In this document: positions 1-9,497 of the stretch, piece by piece
Position numbering within the stretch: position 1 is the first letter of the stretch
Layout of the letters: each line of letters starts with the position of its first letter
Origin: Bacteroidales bacterium
GTDB taxonomy: Bacteria; Bacteroidota; Bacteroidia; Bacteroidales; G3-4614
Assembly: GCA_017521245.1 (NCBI GenBank)
Contig: JAFXDI010000001.1
Location: 35,178-99,177, forward strand
Direction: 5' to 3'
DNA: 64,000 nt
Position numbers and translations under genes: made by a program
Notes under the pieces: generated by a model
What the model was told of the DNA's origin: nothing
The model's database searches: none
What the model saw: the letters and a program-made list of their open reading frames with translations, nothing else

Positions 1-112
1 AGAACAACTGAAGCACGATAAGGATGCAATAGAGGAGTATGCTCGAGAGGAGTATGGTTATAAAAAAGCCGATGAAGATGTTTTTATTATTAAATCTTCA
101 GCTGGCGAGTAA
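1..112 (+). CDS. C-terminal fragment of a septum-formation-initiator (FtsB/DivIC-like) protein; 5' end lies outside the window
   Basis: The frame from nt 2 reads EQLKHDKDAIEEYAREEYGYKKADEDVFIIKSSAGE, then TAA at 110-112. The IE.YAREEYG.KK.DEDVF tail matches my recollection of Bacteroidetes FtsB/DivIC-family C-termini. It is truncated, so it is absent from the ORF track. Confidence 0.4.
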   Translation, partial: EQLKHDKDAIEEYAREEYGYKKADEDVFIIKSSAGE

Positions 113-130
113 TCCCTTTTCGGCGTTTGT

Positions 131-541
131 ATGTTAAATAATAATAAGCAAAGAGAGATGAAGAAGATTAAAATAAATCCTAATATATTAGGTCTGATAA
201 CAGTTATAGCGGCAATCTCAATTTTGGCGGCAACAGTATTGTTTATGTTCCAACACCAACTATCAGTATATATGTTGGGAGCAGGAGGTGCGTGTTTGGC
301 GTTTGTGCGACTTTTTAGAGACACAGAAGGAATGACTCTGCGTCAAAAGAGAGCGTGTCGCATAGAACTCTTTTCGGCATTGATGATTACAGCTGCCGCA
401 TGGTTTATGTATATGCGTCAACAAGAGTGGTTGGCACTGCTCTTGTCGGGAGCAGTATTGCAGTTATATGCTTCGTTTATAGTATCTCGCGAAGAGAAGA
501 AACTAAAAGAGAAAGAAAACCAAGATAACAAAGCAAAGTGA
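131..541 (+). CDS. small integral membrane protein, function unknown
   Basis: 136-aa ORF with ATG at 131 and 3-4 hydrophobic helices (ILGLITVIAAISILAATVLFMF, AGGACLAFV, LFSALMITAAAWFMY, LALLLSGAVLQLYASFIV). Its stop overlaps the coaX GTG start (GTGA at 538-541). The alternative start M10 at 158 is possible. Confidence 0.5.
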   Translation: MLNNNKQREMKKIKINPNILGLITVIAAISILAATVLFMFQHQLSVYMLGAGGACLAFVRLFRDTEGMTLRQKRACRIELFSALMITAAAWFMYMRQQEWLALLLSGAVLQLYASFIVSREEKKLKEKENQDNKAK

Positions 542-1278
542 ATCTTATAGTTGATCAGGGAAATACCTCTATAAAGATAGCCCTTTTTGATGAAAAGGGT
601 ATTGTAGATGTCAAAACATTTGCCCTCTCTTCAGTTGAAGAGGTGATTTGCTATATTAGGGAGTTGAATTATCATAATGCCATATATTCAACATCATCTT
701 TACCTGACAATGAGTTTCTGGCAACTCTGAAGGAGAATTCTACAACTTTTATTAATCTTACATACCAAACTCTAATACCAATAAAAGTTGATTATGCAAC
801 ACCCCAAACATTAGGAATGGACAGAGTTGCAGCAGCGGTAGGAGCAAGAGAAATTTGTGGTGAAGTGCCAACTTTGGTAATTGATGCTGGAACAGCAGTG
901 ACTTACGACTACCTAACTGCCGATGGCGTATATAAGGGGGGTAATATAGCACCCGGAATATCAATGCGGCTAAAAGCCCTAAATCATTTTACAAAATCGT
1001 TACCGCTTGTTGAGGTTTCAGAAGAATATCCTCTGTTGGGAGTAGATACAAACAGTGCCATATTATCAGGTGTAATGAGTGGAGTGTTGTATGAATGTGA
1101 GGGATATATTGCTAAAATTTCTAAAAAAGAGGCAAATCTTAAAGTTATATTAACCGGAGGAGATCATTTATTGTTGTATAATCAATTAAAAAATAGTACT
1201 TTCGTACCTTTAATTGATGAGGAGTACCTTGTATTAAAAGGACTAAATGCAATTTTAAGATACAATGTTGAAAAATAG
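538..1278 (+). CDS. coaX: type III pantothenate kinase
   Basis: N-terminal LIVDQGNTSIKIALF (ASKHA phosphate-1 motif), plus DRVAAAVGA, VIDAGTAVTYD and GGNIAPG, as in CoaX. Length is 246 aa. Confidence 0.88.
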   Translation: MNLIVDQGNTSIKIALFDEKGIVDVKTFALSSVEEVICYIRELNYHNAIYSTSSLPDNEFLATLKENSTTFINLTYQTLIPIKVDYATPQTLGMDRVAAAVGAREICGEVPTLVIDAGTAVTYDYLTADGVYKGGNIAPGISMRLKALNHFTKSLPLVEVSEEYPLLGVDTNSAILSGVMSGVLYECEGYIAKISKKEANLKVILTGGDHLLLYNQLKNSTFVPLIDEEYLVLKGLNAILRYNVEK

Positions 1279-2533
1279 ATATATATCAATAATAGTAATT
1301 CTTTTTGTGGCAACCATTTTCGCAAAGGCACAGACCCCTTTTTCGATGCACGGATTGGGAACTCTTGATGATTTCTCATTAGGAATCAATTCAGGAATGG
1401 GAGGCGTTGGTTATGGAATAAATAACAAAATGCAAATCAATCCTAAAAATCCAGCATCGTATGCTGCAATGGACTCTCTTACCTTCCTCTTTGATATAGG
1501 AATGAGTGTAGAGGTTGATTGGCGAAGAGAGGGAGCTCTTAAAGAGAAGCAAACCACAGCCAACTTCGATTATGCAGTGGCGCAATTTCCGATAGGAAAG
1601 CATTTAGCTGCATCACTTGGAATAGTACCATTCTCAAGAGTAAATTACGAGTACGGAAAGAAAATACCATTTGGCGAATATTCAAATTATGGAGAGGGGG
1701 GAATACATCAAGTATATCTCGGACTTGCAGCAAAACTTCATAAGAATTTATTTATAGGAGCAAATGTTTCGTATCTCTTTGGAAACATAACACACAACTC
1801 AACCATTATGCCATCGTCACAGTATAATGTTGTAGCAATGATTGCTCAAACAAAAATGCACATAACCGATTTTAAGGTCGATTTTGGAGTAAGATACACC
1901 CAGCCAATAAACGATAAACACTCAATAACATTAGGTGCTGTATATTCGCCCAAAAAGAAGATGTTGGGTAAAAGATATTATGATCTTTATCAGCTGGAGA
2001 CAAGTGGCGAAACCTCTTTAACAGTTGAAAGTGATACTATATCGTTGAAAGGAGCATACGATATGGCAGAGAGCTATGGTGTAGGATTGGGATACAACTG
2101 GGGAGAGAAACTTATAGTTGGAGTTGATTTCACATATCAGCCATGGAAAAATGCAAACTATCTACCCTTTTGGAAAAAGAATTACACTGAAGAGACATTA
2201 AAAAACAACTTCAATAATAGATATAGAATATCTGTTGGAGCAGAGTACAAAAACGAACTCTACTCATTAAAATACGTTGACAGAATACGCTTTAGAGCAG
2301 GGGCATATTACGAAAAATCGTATATGAAAATTCAAGGCAATGCTTTGTACGAGGCAGGAGCAACAGTGGGAATGGGATTTCCTATAATGCGAGACAAATC
2401 ATTAGTAAACGTATCAGTACAATACTTCAACAGAAAGATGCAACCCAATTCAAAATTGGTAGAGAACGGATTGATTTTCTCAATAGGAATATCATTTAAT
2501 GAGTTCTGGTTCTTCAAGAACAGAATCGAATAA
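1265..2533 (+). CDS. outer-membrane beta-barrel protein (putative porin / FadL-PorV-like), function unknown
   Basis: Signal peptide MLKNRYISIIVILFVATIFAKAQ. Alternating aromatic/glycine beta-strand pattern throughout. C-terminal aromatic-rich end (FSIGISFNEFWFF). Overlaps the coaX stop. Confidence 0.55.
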   Translation: MLKNRYISIIVILFVATIFAKAQTPFSMHGLGTLDDFSLGINSGMGGVGYGINNKMQINPKNPASYAAMDSLTFLFDIGMSVEVDWRREGALKEKQTTANFDYAVAQFPIGKHLAASLGIVPFSRVNYEYGKKIPFGEYSNYGEGGIHQVYLGLAAKLHKNLFIGANVSYLFGNITHNSTIMPSSQYNVVAMIAQTKMHITDFKVDFGVRYTQPINDKHSITLGAVYSPKKKMLGKRYYDLYQLETSGETSLTVESDTISLKGAYDMAESYGVGLGYNWGEKLIVGVDFTYQPWKNANYLPFWKKNYTEETLKNNFNNRYRISVGAEYKNELYSLKYVDRIRFRAGAYYEKSYMKIQGNALYEAGATVGMGFPIMRDKSLVNVSVQYFNRKMQPNSKLVENGLIFSIGISFNEFWFFKNRIE

Positions 2534-2548
2534 AACGCTCAATTCGTG

Positions 2549-3184
2549 ATGAAAAGAAAAGATGCTTTCGCTTCAAAAACCTTACCAGTAATTGTTGTCT
2601 TACTGATGATTATTATGTTTAGTTGTGGTAAAGACAATAAAGAGGTAATAGAGGCTTTTGCCGATCCAAACGAAGTTCCTACCATATATAGCAAAGATGT
2701 ATCAACACTTATATCCGATTCAGGAGTAACACGTTACAGGGTAGTTGCTCCCGATTGGTATATGTATGAAAACTCTGAAACACCTCGCTGGTATTTTCCA
2801 CGAGGCATATATTTAGAGACCTTTGATGATGACTACAACGTAGCCGCATTCTTAGAGGGAGATACAGCCATATTTTACAAGAACCAGAGGCTGTGGGAGA
2901 TACGAGGTGATGTCAAGATGGCAAACACCAACGATGAACGCTTTTTTACAGAGCAACTCTTTTGGAGTCAGGATGCAAAAAAGATATACTCCGATACCAT
3001 AATACACATTGAACGAGGAGATAGAATCATAGAGGGATTGGGCTTTGAGTCCAATCAAAATATGACTCGATACAAGATATTAAAAACCACAGGAATATTC
3101 CCAATTGAGGATATGCGAAGAAAAGATACAACCACAACCGATGCTTTAGATACCCTGAAACAAGAGAGTGCGGTAAAAAACTGA
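2549..3184 (+). CDS. lptC: LPS export periplasmic protein LptC-like lipoprotein
   Basis: Signal peptide plus lipobox (LLMIIMFSCGKD). OstA/LptC-like repeating beta pattern (TRYRVVAPDWYMYE..., GDTAIFYKNQRLWEIRGDVKM, FTEQLFWSQDAKKIYSD). Conserved Bacteroidetes position downstream of coaX. The ATG at 2549 is preferred over the GTG at 2546. Confidence 0.65.
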   Translation: MKRKDAFASKTLPVIVVLLMIIMFSCGKDNKEVIEAFADPNEVPTIYSKDVSTLISDSGVTRYRVVAPDWYMYENSETPRWYFPRGIYLETFDDDYNVAAFLEGDTAIFYKNQRLWEIRGDVKMANTNDERFFTEQLFWSQDAKKIYSDTIIHIERGDRIIEGLGFESNQNMTRYKILKTTGIFPIEDMRRKDTTTTDALDTLKQESAVKN

Positions 3185-3309
3185 AAAAATAATAACATAA
3201 ATAGCAAAAACAACACCTATAAATTGGGATAAGCAGAGAAAAATTATTATCTTCGCACTTGGTTTTGAAAAAAAATAGTAAATAATAAACAAATTAAATA
3301 TAAAAACAG

Positions 3310-5358
3310 ATGGCAACACTACAAAAAATTAGAAATCAAGCAGGGCTTCTTATTGTTGTAATTGGAGTTGCATTGTTAGCATTCATCATTGGTGACTTCC
3401 TAAACTCAGGAGGCACATTCCTACAAATGAGCAAAAACAATGTAGCTAAAGTAAATGGTGACGCAATATCACCTGAGGAGTTCCAGTCAAAATTAGGTGC
3501 AGAGACTACTGATGCCGACAGAAACAGAATATTTACCGAAATGGTAATGACAAAAGCAATGTCGGATTGTGCCGAAAACATTGGTATTACAGTATCAGAA
3601 GATGAGTTGAACGATCTAATCACAGGCGACAACACATCACCATTGGTATTGCAACAATACACAAATCCACAAACAGGACAATTTGATAAAGAGATGTTGA
3701 TGAGCTACTTATCACAACTTTTCTCAACTGATCTAACAACTTTAGATGAGGAGCAACAATATCAAATTGCAATGGCACAAGAGAGTTGGTACGATTTTGA
3801 GGATGCAGTAAAGAATGACCGAGTAAGTCGTAAAATGTTCAACCTTGTATCTAAATCATTGCTACCAAATGATGTTGATTTGGAGGCAGCATTTGCAGAG
3901 ACAACAAAAAATGTTGATATAGCATACGTACCACAACTTTACACAGCAATCCCCGATTCATTAGTTGAAGTATCAGAGAGTGAGGTAAAAGCACTCTACT
4001 CTAAAAAACGCGAAAACTATAAAATCGATGAAAATCGCACAATAGAGTTCGTGGCACTTTCAGTTGCACCAACACAAGATGATTTCAAAGCAACAGAAGA
4101 GTTGTTTAACTCACTATCAGAGACTTTTGCAACAACAGAGAACGTACAACATGTACAATATGCTCAAGCACCAAAAGAGTATATGACTGTTTCAACAATG
4201 TCTCCCAAAATGAAAGAGTTTGTAAGCAAAGCAAAAGTTGGTGATGTATCGGAGACAATCTTTGAGAACAACACATACAAAAAATATCGTGTAATGTCAA
4301 CAACCGTAGCACCCGACTCAGTTGAGGCACGTCACATTATGTTTGCTCCTACACAAGAGGCACTTTGCGATAGCATCTACAACGTACTTAAAAATGGAGG
4401 AGATTTTGCAGAGTTAGCAAAAGAGTATTCAGTTGATACAAACACTTCTTCAAATGGAGGAAGTTTCGGATGGTTTACTGAGCCTATGTTATCACAATTA
4501 GGAACTAAATTTGCTGATGCAGCATTCCGCGGAGCAAAAGGAGTACAAAAGGTAACAACTCAATTTGGAATACACCTATTAGAGGTAACAGACAAAACAA
4601 AACCAGTAGATAAAGCAAAAGTTGCACAACTACTTGTTGAGGTTAAACCAAGTCAAGATACTCGCGATGCTCAATACTACAAATTGAGCAAGTATATGAC
4701 AGAGAAAGGTGAGACAGCAGAGTTCTCTAACGGAGATATTGATAATGGAATCTCAGTTCAAACAGCAAAAATTGGTAAGGCAGATATCAATCTTTCATAT
4801 ATCCCCAATGCTCGTGAGATAATACAATGGGCATTCAATGCAGATGAGAAAGAATTATCAAAAATCTTTGATGTAGACAAAAAATTCTATGTAGTTGCAA
4901 AAGTTGCTAAGATATCAGATGACGAGTATGAGTCATATGACGATTTAGCACCAATGTTAAAAACAAGACTTATTCAAGAGAAGAAAGGAGAGAAGATTGC
5001 AGAGTTGCTAAAAGAGTTCACTTCTCTTGATGCAGCAGCAGAGGCTCTAGCTTCAAAAGTTGATACAGCAAAATCGGTAGTATTCCGCTCTTCGGTAGTA
5101 CCCGGAATAGGATTTGAACCTAAATTGGCAGGAGCAGCACCATACGCTCCGGTTGATGAGTTACAAGCACCAGTACAAGGAAACAGAGCTGTGTATCTAT
5201 ATAAAGTTGTAGCAAACAACGATGTATTGTCAACATTCGACAAAGCAAGTGAGACAAGCATCTACAAATCATCAATGACAAAATATATCTACGAGAGATA
5301 TTTCGATTTGATTTACAATCTAACTGATATAGATGACAATAGAACATTGTTCTACTAA
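3310..5358 (+). CDS. PpiD/SurA-like periplasmic peptidyl-prolyl cis-trans isomerase (chaperone)
   Basis: N-terminal MATLQKIRNQAGLLIVVIGVALLAFIIGDF anchor typical of PpiD. Internal parvulin/rotamase segment ARHIMF...GGDFAELAKEYSVDTNTSSNGGSFGWF. Length is 682 aa. Confidence 0.8.
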   Translation: MATLQKIRNQAGLLIVVIGVALLAFIIGDFLNSGGTFLQMSKNNVAKVNGDAISPEEFQSKLGAETTDADRNRIFTEMVMTKAMSDCAENIGITVSEDELNDLITGDNTSPLVLQQYTNPQTGQFDKEMLMSYLSQLFSTDLTTLDEEQQYQIAMAQESWYDFEDAVKNDRVSRKMFNLVSKSLLPNDVDLEAAFAETTKNVDIAYVPQLYTAIPDSLVEVSESEVKALYSKKRENYKIDENRTIEFVALSVAPTQDDFKATEELFNSLSETFATTENVQHVQYAQAPKEYMTVSTMSPKMKEFVSKAKVGDVSETIFENNTYKKYRVMSTTVAPDSVEARHIMFAPTQEALCDSIYNVLKNGGDFAELAKEYSVDTNTSSNGGSFGWFTEPMLSQLGTKFADAAFRGAKGVQKVTTQFGIHLLEVTDKTKPVDKAKVAQLLVEVKPSQDTRDAQYYKLSKYMTEKGETAEFSNGDIDNGISVQTAKIGKADINLSYIPNAREIIQWAFNADEKELSKIFDVDKKFYVVAKVAKISDDEYESYDDLAPMLKTRLIQEKKGEKIAELLKEFTSLDAAAEALASKVDTAKSVVFRSSVVPGIGFEPKLAGAAPYAPVDELQAPVQGNRAVYLYKVVANNDVLSTFDKASETSIYKSSMTKYIYERYFDLIYNLTDIDDNRTLFY

Positions 5359-5491
5359 TCAAAATGCAAAAAAAAGAATTTGGAAAATATTTTGAGATTA
5401 TTCTCCTTAAAATAAGATTCCAATAAAACAGAACAAGGGGACGGTTTCAGCACAATTGAAATTGTCCCCTTATCATATAAAATAAGAGTAG

Positions 5492-6508
5492 ATGCAAAAT
5501 AGAACATTAGTTGGTAAAACACTATCGGAGTTAAAACAACTATCGCAAGAGTTAGGAATGCCAGCATTTGCAGGAAAGCAGATGTGTGAGTGGATATATC
5601 AAAAACGGGTAGTAGATTTTGCAGATATGACCAACATATCAAAACAGAATCGCGAAAAGTTATCAAAAGAGTGTGAAGTAGGAGTGGTTCCTCCAATGCA
5701 CCAAGTAGTGTCGAACGATGGTACAGAAAAGTATCTCTTTCGCCTACACGATGGTCACACCATCGAAACCGTATATATACCTGACCGTGAGCGAGCAACA
5801 CTCTGTGTATCCTCTCAGGTAGGTTGTAAGATGAATTGTCTCTTCTGTATGACAGGCAAACAGGGATTTCAACGAAACCTTACCCCTGCCGAAATAATGA
5901 ATCAGATATTGGCAGTACCCCATAGCGAACAACTTACCAATATAGTATTTATGGGTATGGGTGAACCAACTGATAACCTTGACTCTGTGTTAACAGTAAT
6001 AGATATACTAACAGCATCGTGGGGGTTGGCATGGAGTCCAAAGCGAATAACCCTCTCAACCGTAGGAATACGCAAAGGAGTAAAACGCTTCTTGGATGAA
6101 AGCAAATGCCATTTAGCAGTAAGCCTGCATGCGCCAGACGGACGTAGAGCGAGATATATGCCGGCCGAAAAAGCATTTCCTATATCAGATATGATAGCAA
6201 TGTTGCGAGAGTATGATTTCTCACATCAACGCCGTTTATCTTTTGAGTATATAATGTTGCAAGGAGTAAACGATAGTTTAGAAGATGCTGCAAAACTATC
6301 AGAATTGCTCAAAGGATTAGATTGCAGAGTAAACCTAATACGTTATCATGCAATACCCGGTATTTCGTTACAAAGTTCATCTGATTCTGTAATAGAGGCA
6401 TTTCGTGATGAGTTAAACAAACGAGGAGTAGTGGCAACAATCAGAGCATCGCGGGGCGAAGATGTATCGGCAGCGTGTGGAATGTTAGCATCGCAAAAAG
6501 GAGAATAA
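5492..6508 (+). CDS. rlmN: 23S rRNA/tRNA (adenine-C2)-methyltransferase, radical SAM
   Basis: Radical-SAM CxxxCxxC (GCKMNCLFCMTG), FMGMGEP, C-terminal GEDVSAACGML. Overall RlmN layout, 338 aa. Confidence 0.9.
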   Translation: MQNRTLVGKTLSELKQLSQELGMPAFAGKQMCEWIYQKRVVDFADMTNISKQNREKLSKECEVGVVPPMHQVVSNDGTEKYLFRLHDGHTIETVYIPDRERATLCVSSQVGCKMNCLFCMTGKQGFQRNLTPAEIMNQILAVPHSEQLTNIVFMGMGEPTDNLDSVLTVIDILTASWGLAWSPKRITLSTVGIRKGVKRFLDESKCHLAVSLHAPDGRRARYMPAEKAFPISDMIAMLREYDFSHQRRLSFEYIMLQGVNDSLEDAAKLSELLKGLDCRVNLIRYHAIPGISLQSSSDSVIEAFRDELNKRGVVATIRASRGEDVSAACGMLASQKGE

Positions 6509-6577
6509 ACACCCCAAACACTATGAAATAACCATAAATTTTGTAAATTAGCGACATAATTAAAAGATATAACCATT

Positions 6578-7678
6578 ATGAAACAAAATAAATTAAGAGT
6601 GGCAATAACTCATGGAGATATAAACGGAGTGGGTTACGAAGTGATAATCAAAGCATTATCAGATCAACGTATGACCGAAATATGTACTCCCGTAGTTTAT
6701 GGAGCAGCAAAAGTGTCAGGTTATTACAAAAAGGTGTTGGATGTGCCTAATTTACAATTTAATATAGTAGCTAATGCCGATAGTATATTGCCCGACAGAG
6801 TAAACTTTGTAAACTGCTTTGATGATGAGTTAAAAGTTGAGATAGGAAAACCATCGCAAGTAGCAGGAATGGCATCGCTAAAGGCGTTAGAAGTAGCAGT
6901 GCAAGACCTTAAAGATGGCAAGGTAGATGTGCTTGTAACAGCCCCAATAAATAAAAATACAATACAAGGAGAAGATTTCAACTTCTCAGGACATACTGAG
7001 TATCTGCAATCTCGTTTTGGAGGTGAGAATGAACCACTAATGATATTGATGAACGAAACACTAAAAGTGGCATTAGTAACCACTCATACACCAATAAAAG
7101 AGTTGTCAGAGAAGATAACAAAAGAGTTGATTGTCAATAAACTAAACATCTTCAATACTTCGCTTATACAAGACTTCAAGTTAGAGCGTCCAAGAATTGC
7201 AGTCCTCTCGTTAAATCCACATGCAGGGGATAACGGATTAATAGGAACCGAGGAACAAGATACAATTATCCCAGCAATACAAGAGGCATACAACAGCGGA
7301 ATAGTATGTTTCGGACCATACTCAGCCGATGGATTCTTTGGAGCCGCACTATATAAAAACTTTGATGGAGTGTTGGCAATGTATCACGATCAAGGATTAG
7401 CCCCCTTCAAAGCAATCTCAATGGATGACGGAGTAAACTACACTGCCGGACTTGACTTTGTACGTACCTCGCCCGATCATGGAACAGCATACGACATAGC
7501 AGGAAAGAGTAAAGCATCTGCAAATTCAATGCGTCAAGCCATATATACAGCAATAGATGTATATAACAATCGTGCAATGTACAATGAGATAACAGCAAAT
7601 CCACTTCGCAAGCAATACGTTGACCGAAGCGGAAAGGATGAGAGTGTAAACCTAATGGCAGAAACCGAAGCAGAGTAG
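6578..7678 (+). CDS. pdxA: 4-hydroxythreonine-4-phosphate dehydrogenase
   Basis: GDINGVGYEV, TAPINK, GHTEYL, LNPHAGDNG, AMYHDQGL and RTSPDHGTAYDIAG are all PdxA signature blocks. Confidence 0.9.
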   Translation: MKQNKLRVAITHGDINGVGYEVIIKALSDQRMTEICTPVVYGAAKVSGYYKKVLDVPNLQFNIVANADSILPDRVNFVNCFDDELKVEIGKPSQVAGMASLKALEVAVQDLKDGKVDVLVTAPINKNTIQGEDFNFSGHTEYLQSRFGGENEPLMILMNETLKVALVTTHTPIKELSEKITKELIVNKLNIFNTSLIQDFKLERPRIAVLSLNPHAGDNGLIGTEEQDTIIPAIQEAYNSGIVCFGPYSADGFFGAALYKNFDGVLAMYHDQGLAPFKAISMDDGVNYTAGLDFVRTSPDHGTAYDIAGKSKASANSMRQAIYTAIDVYNNRAMYNEITANPLRKQYVDRSGKDESVNLMAETEAE

Positions 7679-7708
7679 GAGAGATTATAAAAAGCCAATC
7701 ATCACGTT

Positions 7709-8638
7709 ATGAGCCTTATTGATAATGTAAAAGCAACAATGAAGAGCCAAGATACCGAAGGCCCTTTTGAATTGTATATGACACGCACACCGGGTTATCT
7801 GTGGGCATTGCTCTTTAAGGCACTAAACGTACACCCGGTAGCAGTAACCATAATAAGTATAATAATAGGCTCGGCAACAGGATTCCTCTTTTATAGTACC
7901 GATTTAACCACCAATCTTATAGGAATGGCACTGCTTGTTTGGGCAAACTGGTTTGACTGTGCTGATGGGCAGTTGGCACGAATGACAGGCAAGAAAACCC
8001 TCATAGGAAGAGTGTTGGACGGCTTTTGTGGAGATGTGTGGTTCTTCTTTATATATCTCTTTTTGGCAATCCGATTAGGCGGAGAATTAATCCCTTTTAC
8101 TGATGTAAAATGGGGTGTCACCATCTATTTACTATCAGCATGGTCAGGATTTAGATGTCATGGTCGCCAATGTGCCATAGGCGACTACTATCGTAACATA
8201 CATCTCTACTTCCAATTTGGAGCTGACAAAGCAGAGTTAGACTCATCACAAAAGATAAGAGAAGAGATGCAATCCTTAAAGTGGGATAAGAGCGGATGGT
8301 TTAAAAAACTATACCTCTATTTCTATGCACGATACACAGGCTCACAAGAAGATCAGGTAAAGGAGTTTCATAAACTTATGCAACTCATTCAAAGCAAATA
8401 TCCACAAGGAATACCAACAGAACTACGTCAAGATTTTTGCAGAGGAAGTAAGCCTATAATGCCACTAACAAACATCCTTACATTCGATTTACGAGTAATA
8501 ATAATGTTTCTATGCGTAGGATTTAACGTGCCGTATCTATATTTTATATTGGAGTCAACTATTTTTGAACTACTCCGATTCTATACAATACGTCGTCACG
8601 AAAAACTATGTGCCGAGATATTAGAAAAATACAAATAG
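7709..8638 (+). CDS. CDP-alcohol phosphatidyltransferase family membrane protein with about 130-aa C-terminal extension
   Basis: Motif DCADGQLARMTGKKTLIGRVLDGFCGD resembles D-x2-DG-x2-AR-x8-G-x3-D, with the last Asp spacing off by one. Multiple TM helices are present. Confidence 0.7.
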   Translation: MSLIDNVKATMKSQDTEGPFELYMTRTPGYLWALLFKALNVHPVAVTIISIIIGSATGFLFYSTDLTTNLIGMALLVWANWFDCADGQLARMTGKKTLIGRVLDGFCGDVWFFFIYLFLAIRLGGELIPFTDVKWGVTIYLLSAWSGFRCHGRQCAIGDYYRNIHLYFQFGADKAELDSSQKIREEMQSLKWDKSGWFKKLYLYFYARYTGSQEDQVKEFHKLMQLIQSKYPQGIPTELRQDFCRGSKPIMPLTNILTFDLRVIIMFLCVGFNVPYLYFILESTIFELLRFYTIRRHEKLCAEILEKYK

Positions 8639-8651
8639 AGAGATAAAGTCG

Positions 8652-9374
8652 ATGAACAAAAGTGTAGCACTAATATTAGCAGGGGGCGTAGGTAACAGAA
8701 TGAATCTGACCATACCTAAGCAATTCTTTGTGGTTGACGGACAATCAGTCTTGCAACACACAATGAGAGCCTTTCAGCAACATATGCTCATAAGTGCAAT
8801 ATATGTAGTCTCATCGCCGGAGTGGCACCAAACAGTACAAAAACAAGCCCAAGAAGCAGGGATAACAAAATTTGCAGGAGTTATACAATCGGGCGAAAAC
8901 AGTTTTCAGTCGGCACGAAAAGGAATATTAGCAATAGCAGAGGAGGAAGAAGAAAACACCGTAGTACTCATACACGATGCAGTGCGACCACTTCTCTCTC
9001 AAGATATAATAAGCAGTAACATCTCTGTCTGTCTATCGCGAGGCAACGCCATAACAGCACTACAAAGTCAAGAGAGTTATATGCAGGTTGAAAATAAAGG
9101 TGATAATAAAGATACCGAAACATACGACTATATCCTTCGAGAGGAGCTCTTACGAGCACAAACACCACACACCTTTCACTTAAAAGAGTTAAAACAGATG
9201 GTAGCGGAGGCAGATCAAAAAAATATAACCTATTCACAGTCAATCTTCACATTGGCATGTGAATTGGGGCATGTACCACTATACCCGGCCAAAGGAGAAA
9301 TGATAAACTTTAAACTCACACTCCCCTCTGATATAATGCTCTTTCAAGCAATATTAAACCAGTTAAGTGAATAA
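8652..9374 (+). CDS. IspD/TarI-family sugar- or polyol-phosphate cytidylyltransferase
   Basis: ALILAGGVGNRM...IPKQF glycine-rich NTP loop and VLIHDAVRPL block, as in the IspD family. Starts 14 nt after the CDP-alcohol transferase gene. Confidence 0.72.
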   Translation: MNKSVALILAGGVGNRMNLTIPKQFFVVDGQSVLQHTMRAFQQHMLISAIYVVSSPEWHQTVQKQAQEAGITKFAGVIQSGENSFQSARKGILAIAEEEEENTVVLIHDAVRPLLSQDIISSNISVCLSRGNAITALQSQESYMQVENKGDNKDTETYDYILREELLRAQTPHTFHLKELKQMVAEADQKNITYSQSIFTLACELGHVPLYPAKGEMINFKLTLPSDIMLFQAILNQLSE

Positions 9375-9444
9375 TCTTATTGATTTTTTGATATTTATAT
9401 CCAATTAACCTAATTGGCCTAATTAGTAATTTACTACTTTCATA

Positions 9445-9478
9445 AAAAAACTCCCTAACTATTGGTTAGAGAGTTTTT
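9445..9478. terminator. bidirectional hairpin between convergent cytidylyltransferase and aminotransferase genes
   Basis: aaaaaACTCCCTAAC-tatt-GGTTAGAGAGTtttt. The stem is about 10 bp with one mismatch, flanked by an A-run and a T-run. Confidence 0.6.
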
Positions 9479-9497
9479 AATATCAATTATTTAAATA

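Noticed and set aside
5430-5475. The hairpin AAGGGGAC-21 nt-GTCCCCTT upstream of rlmN, as a possible riboswitch or terminator
   Set aside because: It has an 8-bp stem with a large loop and no U-run, and I recognise no conserved riboswitch core. It is probably a weak ppiD terminator or has no function, and the evidence is insufficient to call it.
5355-5801. A 148-aa minus-strand ORF spanning the ppiD-rlmN spacer and the rlmN 5' end
   Set aside because: It overlaps the well-supported rlmN start and the spacer hairpin, and has no motif or signal.
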